Source of the DNA: Raillietiella orientalis
Taxonomy: Eukaryota
DNA: 64,000 nt
Assembly: GCA_036172245.1 (NCBI GenBank)
Contig: JAYWIR010000004.1
Coordinates: 3,286,001 to 3,350,000 of the forward strand
Reading direction: 5' to 3'
Below the pieces are notes generated by a model. The model did not search any database and was not told where the DNA came from. It saw nothing but the letters and a program-made list of their open reading frames with translations. The position numbers and the translations under genes are program-made. Within the stretch, counting starts at the first letter, position 1. Every line of letters begins with the position of its first letter. Below, one piece after another: positions 36,501 through 64,000 of this stretch.

Positions 36501-38240
36501 CAGCCCGCCCCGGTCGTGCTGGTGGGCCGCCGTTCGTACGCGCATATCATTGGACGAGCAGCCTTCCTTTGGTCACCGCAGGGAGTGCCCCTTCAGTTCT
36601 CTCGGCGCTGGTGCTGGAAGTCGGCATTCTTCCGTGTGGGACGCACCCTTCTTGTTCGATACAGGAATTTCGCATGCGGAAGCCATGCCCTTCTCGAAGA
36701 TCCCAGCGACCAGGTCTGCATGGGTTCCTACAAGCGGAACCCATGCAGACCGATTAATTCCCATTGTTTGAGTCTGCCAACCTACCGAGCACGCGGATTT
36801 GGCCGTGATGGCGGCCTCCCGTTGCCCTCTGTAAGGCCTTGCTGCGTGCGGCTCTTCGGAAAGAAAGGGAAGGGGCCCAGGAAGTAATCAGGACTCCGTT
36901 TTTGCGTGTGCTTGATCTCTGCACAGCATCCTTCCATTGTCTCGGTGCAGGTTGTTCCCGTAATCCGCCACAGTGTCGTAGTAAGTCACTTGGAAAGAAG
37001 GAAGGGAAGAGGGGAGTTTTCCGCATCCTCACTTGCGCGCACACCCCATTTCCCGTCCATTCCTCCACCTTCCGTTTTTCTGGTGCTGCGCAGCAGCAGC
37101 GAAAACCTTGCAGCGCATCTCACTTCTGTCTGTGTCGCCTAGGTCGACCGCCTCAACTTCCCTTGTGGCTGCACGAGTGATGGGTGCGATAACGTCAACG
37201 GACGGGTTGAGTTCAACCCCGTCCGCGTGCGCACCCATTTCATCGACACTCTCATGAGGCTCGATCTGGAGAAGAAACGCGACTACCAGCAGCACTGGTC
37301 GGGTAACGAAGCCGTTCGTTCGGAAGGAAGCCGGCCAAGCGACGACTGGGGCCTGCTCCGAGACAAAGGCTCGCCTTCTTCGGTGACACCCTCCTCTGCT
37401 CCCTGTCTCGCACCCGTGAACTCGTGCCAGTTTTACTCCCAAGACAAGTCCTTCGACAGCGAGAATTCGAAGGGTGCTTCTGTTGGCCTGTCAGCTAACG
37501 CGTTTCCTCCCGACGAACATTTGGAACTGGCGGACCACCACCTCGCACTGAACAATTTGCGCTCCCTAGAGGCGCTTCCGTCGTGTTACCTCGGAGACTC
37601 CAAGTTGGATGGGAAAGACATGTTCCGTTTCTATCCGAAAGAGGATACCCATTCCGATAACAGTGAGGACTTTTCCGACGACAGTTTCGATTCCCAGGTT
37701 CCAGGTACTTTATTCAGACCCATTGTAAATCAAGATGTTGTGCGCTGCTGTGATGTAACGCAGGATTCTTCTTTCAGCTACCCACTCTATAATTTACCAC
37801 AACGGGTACCTGAAGAATATGAGCGTTTAAAGTGTTACGGTAGTTTTTCTAGCCCAGTCGCGAACACCTGTGTCGGCTACTCTTTCGATCCTGCTTTGTG
37901 TTTTCTTGACACCCGGCTTAGCCACGTTTCGGCCCCCAGTTTAGCGAATCCCGTAGACACGTTTGCCGTTGATCAGCAGATTGAATTACGCTCTCTGACC
38001 CCAGAACAAAATTATACCATGCTACAAAGTGTCAACCAGTGCAGGTCGTACACGGAAATCCCCATGACTTATGCCTCGTGCTTGAACGAGGAGGCTCCAC
38101 CCTCGTCTCCGGATCTGGGTATTGATAGACTGGTGGTTGAATACCAGCTCAGCCACGAGGAGACCAAAAGTCCGGAAGAAGTGACGGAAAATTTCGGAGA
38201 AATCATCAAAAAGACCATGGTAGAAACAGTGTCCGCGTGA
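33547..38240 (+). CDS. CSRNP: Cysteine/serine-rich nuclear protein (CSRNP/Axud1 family), ~662 aa
   Basis: Exons 33547-33966, 34812-35102, 35157-35336, 37143-38240 (all phase 0, GT-AG). Family motifs: [57 protein letters not shown]...CDP..C.C...[41 protein letters not shown]. The start codon is less certain than the rest. Confidence 0.95.
36713..36751. repeat. Perfect inverted repeat, 16-bp stem and 7-nt loop
   Basis: GGTCTGCATGGGTTCC-tacaagc-GGAACCCATGCAGACC in the last CSRNP intron. Confidence 0.95.
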
Positions 38241-38302
38241 TCATTAACTGTCATATGAAAAAAGAAATAATCCGTGGTGTCTACGTGTGCGTGTGTTTCT
38301 CT

Positions 38303-38308
38303 TTTATT
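38303..38308 (-). terminator. Putative polyadenylation signal of the dynein gene
   Basis: AATAAA on the minus strand ~54 nt after the dynein stop codon. Confidence 0.55.
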
Positions 38309-38361
38309 TCTCTTGTCGGGGCACGGAGATCTTTCCGCTGCCTCCCCAGTACGCATTTGGC

Positions 38362-63779
<25,418 letters not shown>

Positions 63780-64000
63780 CTGTAAATTCGTTCAGTTACT
63801 AATCTTTGTAGATCTATCTATCACCTTGATTATTTCCCCCCTTTTCGATGGAATGAACTACAAGAATTTTGGAAACGTTCGCGAAAATCCCCTTTCCCAC
63901 TTTCATGTGGAGAATTTATCATTTTTCCAAGGACCGCAACACTTCCCTAACACATGAGCATGTTGATCGCGTGATGTAATTAGGAATAACAGATGTTTCA

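Larger units (their letters stand above)
27400..36600. other. Large GC- and CpG-rich domain (CpG-island-like) covering the CSRNP promoter, 5' introns and first coding exons
   Basis: By-eye GC of roughly 65-75% (line 28621-28680 counted at ~77%), with abundant CG/GCGC and G/C runs, versus roughly 30% GC in IFT172 intron 1. Confidence 0.9.

Noticed and set aside
36713..36770. Hairpins as Helitron 3' ends or pre-miRNAs
   Set aside because: No properly placed CTRR-T terminus follows, and the stems are too short for a ~60-70 nt pre-miRNA.

Overview
Eukaryotic (metazoan, plausibly arthropod; the taxon cannot be fixed from sequence) genomic DNA, standard genetic code, with mostly very short GT-AG introns. 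Three intact genes can be spliced by hand. IFT172 is on the minus strand (21 exons, ~1743 aa, 9288-22964). A CSRNP/Axud1-family transcription factor is on the plus strand (4 coding exons, ~662 aa, 33547-38240). A DNAH7-like inner-arm axonemal dynein heavy chain is on the minus strand (38362 to ~63780, start uncertain) and ends only 121 bp from the CSRNP stop. A decayed non-LTR retrotransposon ORF2 fragment (APE endonuclease plus pre-RT linker) lies at ~26.1-27.4 kb. Composition is strongly domain-structured: a CpG-depleted block over the 5' half of IFT172 and a ~9 kb very GC/CpG-rich block over the CSRNP promoter and gene. The first 8 kb looks exon-like but I could not identify it. No clearly novel biological system is demonstrable. 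The best leads are an ATG-TAA-ATG start-stop element at the CSRNP start, the sharply bounded CpG-poor domain, perfect intronic hairpins, and antisense exon-like units inside dynein introns.
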